IMG/VR virus record: IMGVR_UViG_3300018080_000152
Location: 21,914 to 85,913 of that record
DNA from: a virus
Direction: 5' to 3' (one strand)
Length of the DNA: 64,000 nt
The position numbers and the translations under genes were made by a program. The stretch's first letter is position 1; every line of letters starts with the position of its first letter. Below are positions 29,558 to 39,056 of the stretch, piece by piece. Under the pieces are notes generated by a model. It was not told the DNA's origin, ran no database searches, and was given only the letters and a program-made list of their open reading frames with translations.

Positions 29558-29908
29558 TTAAGACGTTGGCTCCGCGTCAATTTCTTCTCCATCTTTTGCT
29601 CCTAACATTGTTCCGTCTAGTAAAGCTGGTGCTTCTACTACATCTTCTACAACAATTTCTTCGTTGTTGACTATATTGGTTTCTTCTTCCAGTTTTTCAA
29701 TGCGTACATTACCAAAAGCTCTAAAAACTTCTTGGGCTACACCGGGAATAACACTGCCATCAGGCATGATAATATTACAATATCCGAATTCATTTTTCTG
29801 TATGTAATCTACCGGATGAACACTTCCAGACGCAAAAGGTACAAGTGTTTCTTGTCCATCAAATTCAACTTGTAAGTTCATATTTTTCAAAAATCTTACT
29901 GAACCCAT
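29558..29908 (-). CDS. Hypothetical protein
   Basis: ORF in operon. Confidence 0.55.
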   Translation of the reverse strand: MGSVRFLKNMNLQVEFDGQETLVPFASGSVHPVDYIQKNEFGYCNIIMPDGSVIPGVAQEVFRAFGNVRIEKLEEETNIVNNEEIVVEDVVEAPALLDGTMLGAKDGEEIDAEPTS

Positions 29909-29919
29909 ATGTATTTCCC

Positions 29920-30231
29920 CTATTGTTTCTTGTTTTTACCGCAGCTTCCACATCCACCAGAAGCTTTTTTCTTAGCTATGGCCTGTGGAACAACTAGTTC
30001 ACAATAATCTGGCTCAATACGATTAGCAACACCGGCCAACGGAGATGTATCGGGAAAGTGCAAATCCAACTTACCATCTTGATGGCGTTGATATTGCTCT
30101 ACTGTGTAGATGTCGCCAACCTTGACTGGTTTCTGCGCCTGAGATACAACAAGCTGTCCTGTTTCATCATCAATAGTTGTTTGAACAATTGTGATTATGA
30201 AGCTTGCTAAAAATCTAACACTTATAGACAT
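29920..30231 (-). CDS. Hypothetical protein
   Basis: ORF ending GGCGSCGK. Confidence 0.55.
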   Translation of the reverse strand: MSISVRFLASFIITIVQTTIDDETGQLVVSQAQKPVKVGDIYTVEQYQRHQDGKLDLHFPDTSPLAGVANRIEPDYCELVVPQAIAKKKASGGCGSCGKNKKQ

Positions 30232-30261
30232 AATTATCTTTCATTGAACCATAAAAAAAAG

Positions 30262-30344
30262 TAGCGCTGGTGGGAGTCGAACCCACATGGTCAAAGACCA
30301 CGACTTTTTGAAAGTCGCGCGTATACCGGTTCCGCCACAGCGCC
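30262..30344 (-). tRNA. tRNA-Leu(CAA)
   Basis: Cloverleaf, loop TT-CAA-AA, long variable arm, GGTTCGACT. Confidence 0.92.
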
Positions 30345-30349
30345 ATAAG

Positions 30350-30421
30350 TACCCCCAGCGGGAGTCGAACCCGCATCGCAACCTTGAGAGGGTTGTATCC
30401 TTACCGTTAGACGATAGGGGC
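30350..30421 (-). tRNA. tRNA-Glu(CTC)
   Basis: CAACC CT-CTC-AA GGTTG. Confidence 0.92.
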
Positions 30422-30540
30422 ACAGCGGTAGTTTTGCTTCTTTGGTGTATAAACACCACTCACAGGTGACCAGGACTCCTACCGCTGTACTGTAGACATC
30501 ACATGTGTGAGCCATTCAGTCTGCGAGTCCTCAAGTCAAG

Positions 30541-30613
30541 TGGTGCGCCCAGGAGTCGAGCCTGGATTATTAGCTTATGAAGCTAACGAGGCCACCCGGC
30601 CTTCCCACGCACA
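30541..30613 (-). tRNA. tRNA-Met/Ile2(CAT), atypical
   Basis: TTAGC TT-CAT-AA GCTAA; T-loop CTCGACT; short D loop. Confidence 0.65.
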
Positions 30614-30615
30614 AG

Positions 30616-30684
30616 TAGCGACGGGCGGAATTGAACCGCCTAAACATCCGTATGAAAGATGCGTGATTACCAAATCACGTCGCC
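30616..30684 (-). tRNA. tRNA-Met/Ile2(CAT), atypical D arm
   Basis: GGCGACG/CGTCGCT acceptor, TGATT-TGGT-AATCA, CATCT TT-CAT-AC GGATG. Confidence 0.7.
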
Positions 30685-30906
30685 TCTTCAAGTTCATGTT
30701 CTTCATAATGACCGATTGAACCGTCTTCGTGTTCTACTTCAAATGTCAACCCATGTGAGTTATGTTCCTTCACAACCGTTCCCTCGACACCCCACTTTCT
30801 ACTAAGTAAAGCTGCGGCGGTCCAATCGGTCGCTTGAGGTTCACATTTGATAGTTCGCACTCTTTGTCCACATTGCATGTCATATTCCCTTATTGATATT
30901 AAAAAG

Positions 30907-30976
30907 AGCCTCTTGTGAGAATCGAACTCACCCTAGCGCATTACAAGTGCGCCGTCGTCAGCCAGAGCGAAGAGGC
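30907..30976 (-). tRNA. tRNA-Thr(TGT), atypical D arm
   Basis: GCCTCTT/AAGAGGC, GCGCA CT-TGT-AA TGCGC. Confidence 0.75.
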
Positions 30977-31007
30977 AATGGCGGGATTTTCACCCGCCGC
31001 GTATTCT

Positions 31008-31035
31008 ATTATACACCGAAATTACGGATTGTCAA
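31008..31035 (-). promoter_or_regulatory. Sigma70-type promoter TTGACA-N16-TATAAT driving tRNA cluster
   Basis: Perfect hexamers. Confidence 0.8.
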
Positions 31036-31447
31036 CCGCCACCACGGCATATTTTTTTGCAACATCAATTTGAAGCTGCAATATTTTGTCTAACAGGGCT
31101 TTTTGCTCCTGTCGTTGCTCGTGTAATTCTCTTTTCACTTCATCAAGTTTTTCAACTATAGCCTTGTCAGAACTGGCTTGTCTAGCAGTATGTGTATCTA
31201 GAGCAGTTCTAACTTTAATAACTTCATCATGTGCTGTAGTTTTAACCTCATGAACAATATTAACCATGTCATTATACCCAGCATTAGCACCTGATGCTTG
31301 GCTAGAGGCATATACAACAAGGGCAAGAAACACACTAAGCACGCCCATAAATAAACCACCAACATATCTAATGCTCCGAGTACGAGCATCGCATGCTTCT
31401 TTGGTGATGTATGGACATTCTGGTATTGTGTCATTTTTCTTTGCCAT
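31022..31447 (-). CDS. Membrane-anchored coiled-coil protein
   Basis: One TM helix then heptads. Confidence 0.6.
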   Translation of the reverse strand: MAKKNDTIPECPYITKEACDARTRSIRYVGGLFMGVLSVFLALVVYASSQASGANAGYNDMVNIVHEVKTTAHDEVIKVRTALDTHTARQASSDKAIVEKLDEVKRELHEQRQEQKALLDKILQLQIDVAKKYAVVAVDNP

Positions 31448-31496
31448 AGCAATTACCCTTCTTTATAGTAGGTTTAATGAGAAAAAACGCTACTCA

Positions 31497-32072
31497 TTAA
31501 CCAGTCTTAGATGGGATTGCTGTGTCAACTGGCACCTTACCCGTTGGCAATGTGGTTACATTACCTGGAAGTGCGCGGGTTGCTCTTGTGTGACTTGCAC
31601 CAAAGTTATCATCACTGGTACTTGAGGAGATAATTCCTCCAGTTGTGTAGTACCAATTTGTGATAATAAGAGTCTTACGTGTCAGCAACGTGTGCGGATT
31701 GCGAATCTGCATTGGGTTGCCTGCACTTCTCAAGCCAGTGTATGCTACGCCAGCCAATGTGGTTGTAATATTTCCACCCTTGACGATGTAGTTGCCAGCA
31801 TCCATGACAGCAAATTGACGACCAGAAAATACTTCTGCCGTACCCACATTTGCTTTGGTTGCAGCAGATGCACCAGTTGCATTGTAAGGCTTTGGTTGCT
31901 TTTCACGACCAGCGCCAGTAATTGTCATATCTGGAGCATTAGTCACTGTGTCATTGGTGGTCTCAATGTTACCACCCATTAGAACGGTTGCGCCATTGTC
32001 ACGTCGGGCATTTGCGGTAATCGCCTTGCCCCACATACTAGTATCAGCAGGATTTTGAGCCATAATATTCAC
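31497..32072 (-). CDS. Hypothetical Thr/Ala/Gly-rich protein, possibly virion-associated
   Basis: Composition; preceded by GGTGTATAAT. Confidence 0.55.
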   Translation of the reverse strand: MNIMAQNPADTSMWGKAITANARRDNGATVLMGGNIETTNDTVTNAPDMTITGAGREKQPKPYNATGASAATKANVGTAEVFSGRQFAVMDAGNYIVKGGNITTTLAGVAYTGLRSAGNPMQIRNPHTLLTRKTLIITNWYYTTGGIISSSTSDDNFGASHTRATRALPGNVTTLPTGKVPVDTAIPSKTG

Positions 32073-32151
32073 CTTTTTTCGTTGGCTTCAAATCCATGTC
32101 CATTTATTCCCACAATACGATTCCATTTTTCCTACAAGATTATACACCAAA

Positions 32152-32649
32152 TTACGCTTCTGTTTGAGCAAGTTCCGCCATAAGTGCGACAGAGCGCTCA
32201 ACAATATTCTTTATTCCTTGCTTAGAATAACCTTCTCTATGAGCTATTTCTTGAAACGTACAGTTTTCCAAAAACCTTGCTTCTACCATACGTCTGTCAC
32301 GATTAGATAATATAGATAGGTAATCATCTAATATCATTTTTTGTGATACAGAATCATCCATGGCTTCTACATCACCACCATTCATATGTACTTCACGACC
32401 CTTTGTTTTATCTTGTAACGCGCGCAAACATTCCCACTTGATAAATCTATGTAAGGACGATGTAAAACTTTGTCCAAAACTTTCATCGAAATTTTGTAGC
32501 GCTCTCCATAGTGCTATATCCCCACAAGCAGTAAGTGCGTCTGGAGATAGTGCGCCGGAAAATGCCCTACATGTATTCTGTATTCTTTCTAAATGAGCCT
32601 CTCTGGCATTGTTAAACTCTTTATCACTAACAGCATTTTTAGCAACCAT
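32152..32649 (-). CDS. Sigma70-family (regions 2 and 4) factor
   Basis: IALWRALQNFD...F..SL..FIKWE; LSNRDRRMV...TFQEIA..EGYSKQGI. Confidence 0.8.
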   Translation of the reverse strand: MVAKNAVSDKEFNNAREAHLERIQNTCRAFSGALSPDALTACGDIALWRALQNFDESFGQSFTSSLHRFIKWECLRALQDKTKGREVHMNGGDVEAMDDSVSQKMILDDYLSILSNRDRRMVEARFLENCTFQEIAHREGYSKQGIKNIVERSVALMAELAQTEA

Positions 32650-32651
32650 AT

Positions 32652-33353
32652 TTACTCTTCTTCTTCTCTTAATTTGGAGATTGTTTCATAGCCTTCGTCT
32701 CCTAAAACAGCGTCGGCAAATCCCTTGTTTACAGCCTCCCTAGCGGTCATATAGAATTCCTGTTTATTGTTGATGGTCTCTCTTAACCATTGCAGCGTTT
32801 GCTTAAAATCCATCCCCTCTCGCTGGAAAAACTGGCCTTCTTGTATGCGCTTGGCGTAAATTTCCAACATGACCTCTGTTAACTTTTTTGCCCATTCTGC
32901 TTCTGCTATCGTGTTGGTGTAGTTACCACCTACTCCAAGCTCACCATAATGGACTAGATAATCGGCGTTGGGCATCAAAACCCTGTAAGTTGCAGCTTGT
33001 GGAATTACAGATGACATACTACGAGCATGCGCATGAGACAAAACCACAATGTCTGACAGCGCTTCATCTTCACAACTGTTCTTAATGGCATCATACATAG
33101 CAATCCCATAATTCCAGTCGCCCCCACATGTTGCCATGTGAACTAGAATAGTGTCATTACCCATACTATTCAGTACGCTTAGGTTGCGTAAAAACTGATG
33201 ACAAACAGCGTGGTCTATACATGCTGTACCCACATCGTCTGATGCCGGTGGACCAACAAAGATTTCTCTTGTGTCCAATATCACGCCAAACGTATGAGCA
33301 TCATAAACCATTTCACTTCGCTGTGAAATGTTTCTCCTGGGAATTTTTGCCAT
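32652..33353 (-). CDS. ClpP-like serine protease
   Basis: TCGG, AMYDAI, ARSMSS, LVHYG, YMTAREAV..GFADAV. Confidence 0.85.
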   Translation of the reverse strand: MAKIPRRNISQRSEMVYDAHTFGVILDTREIFVGPPASDDVGTACIDHAVCHQFLRNLSVLNSMGNDTILVHMATCGGDWNYGIAMYDAIKNSCEDEALSDIVVLSHAHARSMSSVIPQAATYRVLMPNADYLVHYGELGVGGNYTNTIAEAEWAKKLTEVMLEIYAKRIQEGQFFQREGMDFKQTLQWLRETINNKQEFYMTAREAVNKGFADAVLGDEGYETISKLREEEE

Positions 33354-33354
33354 G

Positions 33355-33978
33355 TTATTCTCTTTCCTCGGAAGTCAATAATCTACCGCCCACGCTTTCC
33401 TGACACTCTTTAAGCAAGGAAACCTTATCCTTGTAATGTTCATCCATTGTGTCTGAGCCAACCACTTCTAGGTTACCATTGGGCACAACATAGATAGCCC
33501 AATGCTCAAACTTTTTATCTATGTCTTTGCGCATTTCTATGACACGCTCTGCGACACTGAGTTCTAAACCAACCAACAGTTGATTTTGTTCCTCATTACT
33601 CATATCTCTGACTGCCTCTTCAATTGCATATCTAACATCTTGGCTGTTAAATAAACCAGATTTAGGAAAACCGAGACGTGCGCGATACCGTGTATAAACC
33701 TCAATGCTTTCTACACCATCAACAGCCTCGATAATTGCTGCGATTTTATTTGTGATGCCAAAGTTTGTGTGCATTATCCAGAAGTCAAAGCTTGTACATG
33801 CCATCGAAGCGTCTACGACACTTAACATGCCGTGTGGCGTATGCATAACGGGCTGTCTCTCGATGCTGTGAATTGGAATTGGATTGCCACTTTCGTCTTC
33901 CTCGCATGGCCATCCATCCTCCTCATAATCACTCAACAACGGGTCTCTCCAACGCTCCCATGCAAATTTCTTTTTCAT
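33355..33978 (-). CDS. Hypothetical protein
   Basis: 207-aa ORF in operon. Confidence 0.65.
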   Translation of the reverse strand: MKKKFAWERWRDPLLSDYEEDGWPCEEDESGNPIPIHSIERQPVMHTPHGMLSVVDASMACTSFDFWIMHTNFGITNKIAAIIEAVDGVESIEVYTRYRARLGFPKSGLFNSQDVRYAIEEAVRDMSNEEQNQLLVGLELSVAERVIEMRKDIDKKFEHWAIYVVPNGNLEVVGSDTMDEHYKDKVSLLKECQESVGGRLLTSEERE

Positions 33979-33980
33979 GA

Positions 33981-34934
33981 TTACACCTTTACTGCATTGT
34001 CCTGCATCATTTGTGCGTAGAATTCAGGAGATTTCGCTTTGGTCATATCTAAGTCTACACTTTCTGTAAACTGACCACCAAGAAATTCTACCTTAGAGAA
34101 GAATGCTTTTGTTTCTCTAACTGACATTCCAAGGTCACGACAATTCATTTCAATAAGCTCTCTGTCTGTTCGGTCACTCAAATTGAAATCAACCATCCTT
34201 AATACGTCTAGTAGAACAATCTGTTCTTGCCTACTGAAAGACGTGCCATTTAAGACATAGTCATCAAATGCCTCCCAGGTAATTGGCAACCAGTGCTGTA
34301 CCATACCAGCAATGACTTTTGCGTATTCACGAATTTCCCACTGGGCATGCGTGTCCAGCCTCAGTCTTAGGAAATGCAGTAAGTTTTTCAAATCAATTTT
34401 CCAGTACCAATAAGTGTATGTACTTAAAGGCAGGTCTATACGAGCTAGCTCTCGCGACAAGTCAGCACGAAGACATGTTTGATAGAGGTCTACGCTAGTA
34501 TTACGAGCCCTACCTCTCCCAGAATCAATTCTACTCTGGTCGTACTTGGACACTAGCTGGTCTGTGCTTCCTTGCTTATTACTTTGGTCCTGTGTTTGGT
34601 GTCTGTTTTTGTCTGGTGTGTAAAAAATCTGTGGCATTACACTGTAGCGACCACTATATTCATTTAATGATGCAGTTCTGTGTCTCACCCATTGACGAGC
34701 CACAAAGATTGGAAGACCAACATGCAACACAACCTCGCACATTTCAAATGGGCTAGTGTGCATATCACGCATGAGCGTGCGAATTAAACCCCTGTCGTCT
34801 GACACTTTCTTTGTGCCTTGTCCGTAACTACAACGTGCTGCACGCGCTATAGCGGCGTCATTACCCATCCAGTCCACCACAGCACAAAATCCATTGTCGA
34901 GCACTGGAAAATACTTATCTTTTAAGCTATCCAT
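33981..34934 (-). CDS. thyX: Flavin-dependent thymidylate synthase
   Basis: HTSPFE, RHRTASLNEYSGRY, ELARIDLP, HAQWEIR. Confidence 0.96.
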   Translation of the reverse strand: MDSLKDKYFPVLDNGFCAVVDWMGNDAAIARAARCSYGQGTKKVSDDRGLIRTLMRDMHTSPFEMCEVVLHVGLPIFVARQWVRHRTASLNEYSGRYSVMPQIFYTPDKNRHQTQDQSNKQGSTDQLVSKYDQSRIDSGRGRARNTSVDLYQTCLRADLSRELARIDLPLSTYTYWYWKIDLKNLLHFLRLRLDTHAQWEIREYAKVIAGMVQHWLPITWEAFDDYVLNGTSFSRQEQIVLLDVLRMVDFNLSDRTDRELIEMNCRDLGMSVRETKAFFSKVEFLGGQFTESVDLDMTKAKSPEFYAQMMQDNAVKV

Positions 34935-35355
34935 CAGCTAGTCTCCCTCGCGAAAAAACGTTTCTTGGTTGCATACACAAATCGTCATTAAATTGTGGAT
35001 AGTTGGGTTCTGTTTTGGCAAGACGACCCCACTCTTGAAGGATGCGCACGGCTGTTGCCTGTTGGTTGTTTTCTGAACCATATGCGTGTACGGCATCTAC
35101 AGTTGGCGATTTCCAGTTGCCGGAAGAAATATTGTTTAGCATCCGAGATATAGGATGTGACTCATCTTTCTTAGCTGCTGTGTCAGGCCAACGAACTATT
35201 ATTTTGACATTGTCCTGTTCGTCCGCAGCAAAGATGACTTGATATGGAAAGTCGCGCACAACCCCATCACTATCCGATTCTGCCTGCTTTATATGCTTCG
35301 TAATGACCTCTTCTAATTCTTTGGTTAGCGCGAGCGTTTGAGAGTTCTTCATCAT
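34927..35355 (-). CDS. Hypothetical protein
   Basis: ORF in operon. Confidence 0.55.
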   Translation of the reverse strand: MMKNSQTLALTKELEEVITKHIKQAESDSDGVVRDFPYQVIFAADEQDNVKIIVRWPDTAAKKDESHPISRMLNNISSGNWKSPTVDAVHAYGSENNQQATAVRILQEWGRLAKTEPNYPQFNDDLCMQPRNVFSRGRLADG

Positions 35356-35779
35356 TCATAAACCTTAGATTTGGGTGTACTGGTATGCCTGGATAAATTT
35401 TAGTTTTATAGCCTAAGTAAATAATACGATTCTTTTTTTGGGTTTCGCCCAACGCAGGAACCATTGGGTCAAAAAATCCGTATGGAACTATGTCGATGGT
35501 CCTTGGGTCTACGCCCACGGTTTCTTTGAACAGTTCATATGCTACTTCGGCAGCATGTTGTTTATTGGTAATACTTGAGCAAGGAAGATGTAGTACGCCG
35601 TCGTCACACTCTATGAAACCACATGTAATATTTTCACTTCCATCATTTGCAGTACCACACAAATACACACTGGCGACTACCTGCACATTAAACTGGTCAG
35701 CTACAGGATACCAGTTGTTTGTGTTGTCATGCCAGTTGTCTGGGTATGAGTCAGTCATTGTTTTGCTCCATATGCTCAT
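35270..35779 (-). CDS. Hypothetical protein, weak Nudix-like segment
   Basis: LP...AAEVAYELFKETVGV. Confidence 0.45.
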   Translation of the reverse strand: MSIWSKTMTDSYPDNWHDNTNNWYPVADQFNVQVVASVYLCGTANDGSENITCGFIECDDGVLHLPCSSITNKQHAAEVAYELFKETVGVDPRTIDIVPYGFFDPMVPALGETQKKNRIIYLGYKTKIYPGIPVHPNLRFMNDEELSNARANQRIRRGHYEAYKAGRIG

Positions 35780-36269
35780 GGATAAACGCCCGTAGTTTAT
35801 CGGGCTTCATCGTATCAATCCTGGTAAATGCGCTCGGCAGAATAGCGGCGCTACTGTATAGATAGAGCGAGGCGTTGTCGTCTCCCCCACTATCTATTAT
35901 ACGCTTTGGGGACACCCTGTCAATATAGTCCTTGAGAATATCTACGGTGGTTAGCCAAACTACATTGCCCTGCAACACATGTGCCCAAAAAAACGCCCGC
36001 GTAGCCGTAATACCTGACGGCGTACACGAGCGTGTATTGAATACTTCGATTGCAACATTGCCGCTACGTGCCTCATACGCATCAAACTTTACTTCTGTTG
36101 TGAAGTGTGTTTGTTTGTACTCAGATATAACGTCATGAGCTATACGTGCTTCCTTGTCAATAGAACTTGGAAAGCCAGCCGATGTAAATAAGTCCGCAAC
36201 ACATTGTTCGGCTTTGTTGCCAGCCTTCAAGTCCCGTAGAAAATTACTTCTTTTTTTCTTCATTTTCAA
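35751..36269 (-). CDS. PD-(D/E)XK-family nuclease
   Basis: G..AE...HDV...EVKFD...SGNVAIE. Confidence 0.7.
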   Translation of the reverse strand: MKMKKKRSNFLRDLKAGNKAEQCVADLFTSAGFPSSIDKEARIAHDVISEYKQTHFTTEVKFDAYEARSGNVAIEVFNTRSCTPSGITATRAFFWAHVLQGNVVWLTTVDILKDYIDRVSPKRIIDSGGDDNASLYLYSSAAILPSAFTRIDTMKPDKLRAFIHEHMEQNND

Positions 36270-36867
36270 TCGCTGTCCGTATCTTTTTGATTCCAGCGGT
36301 CAAACATTGGTCAACACGTTGCCTACTTACATTTAAGTCTCTAGCAACGTCAGACGCCATTTGACCACATACATAAACAGAATTTATACATTGTAGTTGT
36401 CGCTCGGTGAGGTCTATGTTGTGTATCAAGTTACGTAGCTCTTGAGCTTCTAGTATTTCATCTGCTGATTTGGACTTTACATCAGCTATGATTTCATATA
36501 GCTGACTATCCTCTTCGGCTCCCATTGGAGCGTTCAGAGACATGTGGGATTTAGACATGCTTTTTTGTGATATCTCAATCCATCTTTTGATGCACCAAGA
36601 AGCACATTGGTTCAGATATGAGCGCAGTGAACGACCACCGGGGTACTGCTCCCATCTTTGCGCTGCATACATGAGATGTTCTGCAACAAATGAAATTGCA
36701 TCTTCGTTTTGTAGCATGCTCTGTGCTAAATCACTAGAAGCAAACGCACCTATACATCGCGTAGCCACGTCATGATAATCTTGTACGCCCCAATCTACAG
36801 CAGTTTCTTTACTAATGTGTTTGTTAGCCGCTCTTTTTTTCTTGTCGATATCCCATAGAACTACCAT
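36244..36867 (-). CDS. Sigma70-family factor
   Basis: LRSYL...SLNAP...LTERQ...SDVARDLNVSRQRVDQ region 4. Confidence 0.85.
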   Translation of the reverse strand: MVVLWDIDKKKRAANKHISKETAVDWGVQDYHDVATRCIGAFASSDLAQSMLQNEDAISFVAEHLMYAAQRWEQYPGGRSLRSYLNQCASWCIKRWIEISQKSMSKSHMSLNAPMGAEEDSQLYEIIADVKSKSADEILEAQELRNLIHNIDLTERQLQCINSVYVCGQMASDVARDLNVSRQRVDQCLTAGIKKIRTAIENEEKKK

Positions 36868-36914
36868 TTGAGAGTCTCCTTGTCATGGTCAAAGTTTTCG
36901 TTTCGTTACTCTAT

Positions 36915-36942
36915 ATTATAGCACAGATTGGGAGTTTGTCAA
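36915..36942 (-). promoter_or_regulatory. Sigma70-type promoter TTGACA-N16-TATAAT
   Basis: Perfect hexamers upstream of sigma gene. Confidence 0.8.
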
Positions 36943-36959
36943 CCCCCAAAGTAGAAAAG

Positions 36960-37031
36960 TAGGTCTGCCAGGAATCGAACCCGGACTAAAATTTTAGAAG
37001 AATTTTGTGCTATCCTTTACACCACAGACCC
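36960..37031 (-). tRNA. tRNA-Arg(TCT)
   Basis: AAATT CT-TCT-AA AATTT. Confidence 0.9.
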
Positions 37032-37316
37032 AAAATTGAACCTTAGCGCCTGCCAACGCTAGGGCGTGATTGTAGTTTTTGTACTTCCTTGGCGCGTTTG
37101 TGGTTGGGCTGAATCTCTCTATCGGAGACTAAGCCACACACTTCACATTCGTACCATTGTTCGTAGGTTTCAAAATGTGGTTTTGATGTATGTTCGCACC
37201 GTGACCGAATATCATCAGCTTCGGCTTTTAATCTGCGCATTTCACGGTCAAATACGGCCTGTAAATCATTCCGCTGACGCATGTTTTTTGCTAGACGCTT
37301 GCGCACAGTTGATGGT

Positions 37317-37727
37317 TTAAGAAATGGTGTCGCCATGCAATAACCCTAATTTGCCTTTGTCTAGTATATTCTTCAACGATGCTGTCTTGCCAGTGCGATG
37401 GTCCTTAACCACACCACGACTAAAATCATACGTGCGCACAACGGTGTGGTCGTGAATCTTGGCGTCTCGATGCGCCTTTTTATGAGCAGCTTGTTGCTGC
37501 CGCTTTGATTCACGAAGCCTACGCTCCAACTCTGCAAGAGCAGCCCTGCGATTTTTGTGCTGGTGTCTACCATCTACAGTCACAACAATCCCGGTTGGTT
37601 TGTGGGTAATCCGCACCATTGAAGAAGTCTTATTCTTGTGCTGACCACCTGGGCCTTTACCCTTCGTGTACTCTATCTTGATGTCTTTTTTTGGTATCAT
37701 TTGGTTGTACTGACAAAGTTGGCACAT
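37317..37727 (-). CDS. Short peptidyl-tRNA hydrolase/release-factor-like protein (GGQ domain only)
   Basis: GPGGQHKNKTSSMVRITHKPTG, QHKN, RTYDF, VKDHRTG; no codon-recognition domain. Confidence 0.88.
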   Translation of the reverse strand: MCQLCQYNQMIPKKDIKIEYTKGKGPGGQHKNKTSSMVRITHKPTGIVVTVDGRHQHKNRRAALAELERRLRESKRQQQAAHKKAHRDAKIHDHTVVRTYDFSRGVVKDHRTGKTASLKNILDKGKLGLLHGDTIS

Positions 37728-37797
37728 TTTCTATTCGTATTTGCAGCGCTTCCTCTGGAATGAACGGTGAGTACGGCGCTGCCTCTTTCAATTCCTC

Positions 37798-37841
37798 ATA
37801 CTTAACAGCCGGTCTTTCGATACTTAACAGCCGGTCTTTCG
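37798..37841. repeat. Perfect 22-bp tandem duplication
   Basis: ATACTTAACAGCCGGTCTTTCG x2. Confidence 0.95.
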
Positions 37842-38215
37842 TATATGCCGTTGTATGGGCCTTCACTAAAGACTGTCACTTTGATTCTTGAGGAGTTATA
37901 GAACCGCTTTTCAAACTCTTCATTCACGTTGACAATAACGGGTAGACCTGTGTCTGGGTCCGCATGCTGTATGTATTGAACGTCTTCAATCTCATACACT
38001 GGGCAGATAATCTCTTTCTCTATCTTTTCTGGAGCTACACAATATGCGGCTACGCCCAAGATGGAAGCAACGAATAAGCAAGAAGAGACACAGCAGACTA
38101 CCTTCCAGGCCGTTCTATCTCTTGCGTCCAACCATGTGTCATCCTTCGCACAGAATGAGATTGGCGCCACAACACCAGCAATAAGAGCACATATAACTAC
38201 AGCTATCAAATACAT
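37802..38215 (-). CDS. Two-TM membrane protein, C-terminus frameshifted by the duplication
   Basis: MYLIAVVIC...; ERPAVKY appears in two frames. Confidence 0.55.
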   Translation of the reverse strand: MYLIAVVICALIAGVVAPISFCAKDDTWLDARDRTAWKVVCCVSSCLFVASILGVAAYCVAPEKIEKEIICPVYEIEDVQYIQHADPDTGLPVIVNVNEEFEKRFYNSSRIKVTVFSEGPYNGIYERPAVKYRKTGC

Positions 38216-38242
38216 ACTAAAATCCTTCCTTCCTAAAAAAAG

Positions 38243-38314
38243 TGGCTCCGAAGGGATTTGAACCCCCACCGAACTGATTAAAAGTCAGCCATGCTACCAT
38301 TACACTACGAAGCC
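38243..38314 (-). tRNA. tRNA-Lys(TTT)
   Basis: CTGA CT-TTT-AA TCAG. Confidence 0.92.
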
Positions 38315-38319
38315 TAAAG

Positions 38320-38394
38320 TAGGGCTGGTGGGATTTGAACCCACGGTCTACGGATTAAAAGTCCGTTGCTTTAGGCCATCTAAGCTACAACCCC
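38320..38394 (-). tRNA. tRNA-Lys(TTT)
   Basis: ACGGA CT-TTT-AA TCCGT. Confidence 0.92.
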
Positions 38395-38449
38395 ACATTA
38401 CTAGGGCGTGCGTTTCAATCTTGTGATAGTCATGGTAATATCTCTTTCT

Positions 38450-38956
38450 TTAACCGTCTCTATAAGCTTCTTCATACGTACCGAATTCGTCAGCATTAGG
38501 GTCTATTTCTAGAATTGCTGCCTTAACACGCTCGCAGAATTGATTGCGAGTTTCTTCACCGCGAATACTATCCCAGCTTGCGCCAAGATAACGACCGTCC
38601 CACTCGCTATACTCCATGGTAATTCCAAGCTCGTTGAGCTTGTCCCATAGATAACCTTCGCCTTCCCAGTTGTCTTCACTAACGCTTGTTCGGGCTCCGT
38701 AAATACAAAAACTCGTCGTTGAGCTATTGCTCACAAATCCTCTGCGTGTCTTCATGTCTTTGTCCTTTTCTTTTATCTCCCAACGAAATGTGCCTTGCCA
38801 CGCTGGGTCAACACACATGTCATAGTGCCACCATTTATATAGTAGCGCTTTCCAATACGTATCAAATGACTGAATATGTAGATTGTGACCAGTCTTGAGA
38901 ATGGGTTTGCCGGTCTTCATATCCAGTATGTTGCATTTTTGAGTGATTGTCCACAT
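38450..38956 (-). CDS. MKxRxGFVSNSS family protein (motif starts at internal Met 38755)
   Basis: MKTRRGFVSNSSTTSF. Confidence 0.65.
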   Translation of the reverse strand: MWTITQKCNILDMKTGKPILKTGHNLHIQSFDTYWKALLYKWWHYDMCVDPAWQGTFRWEIKEKDKDMKTRRGFVSNSSTTSFCIYGARTSVSEDNWEGEGYLWDKLNELGITMEYSEWDGRYLGASWDSIRGEETRNQFCERVKAAILEIDPNADEFGTYEEAYRDG

Positions 38957-38977
38957 TCTCTTTCCTTGCTAAAAAAG

Positions 38978-39050
38978 TGGTACGCCTAAGAGTCGAACTT
39001 AGCACAGCTTCGTTATCAGCGAAGCCCGCACAGACCGGCGCGCACGTACC
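38978..39050 (-). tRNA. tRNA-Ile(GAT), atypical D arm
   Basis: GCTTCG CT-GAT-AA CGAAGC. Confidence 0.75.
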
Positions 39051-39056
39051 GTGTAT

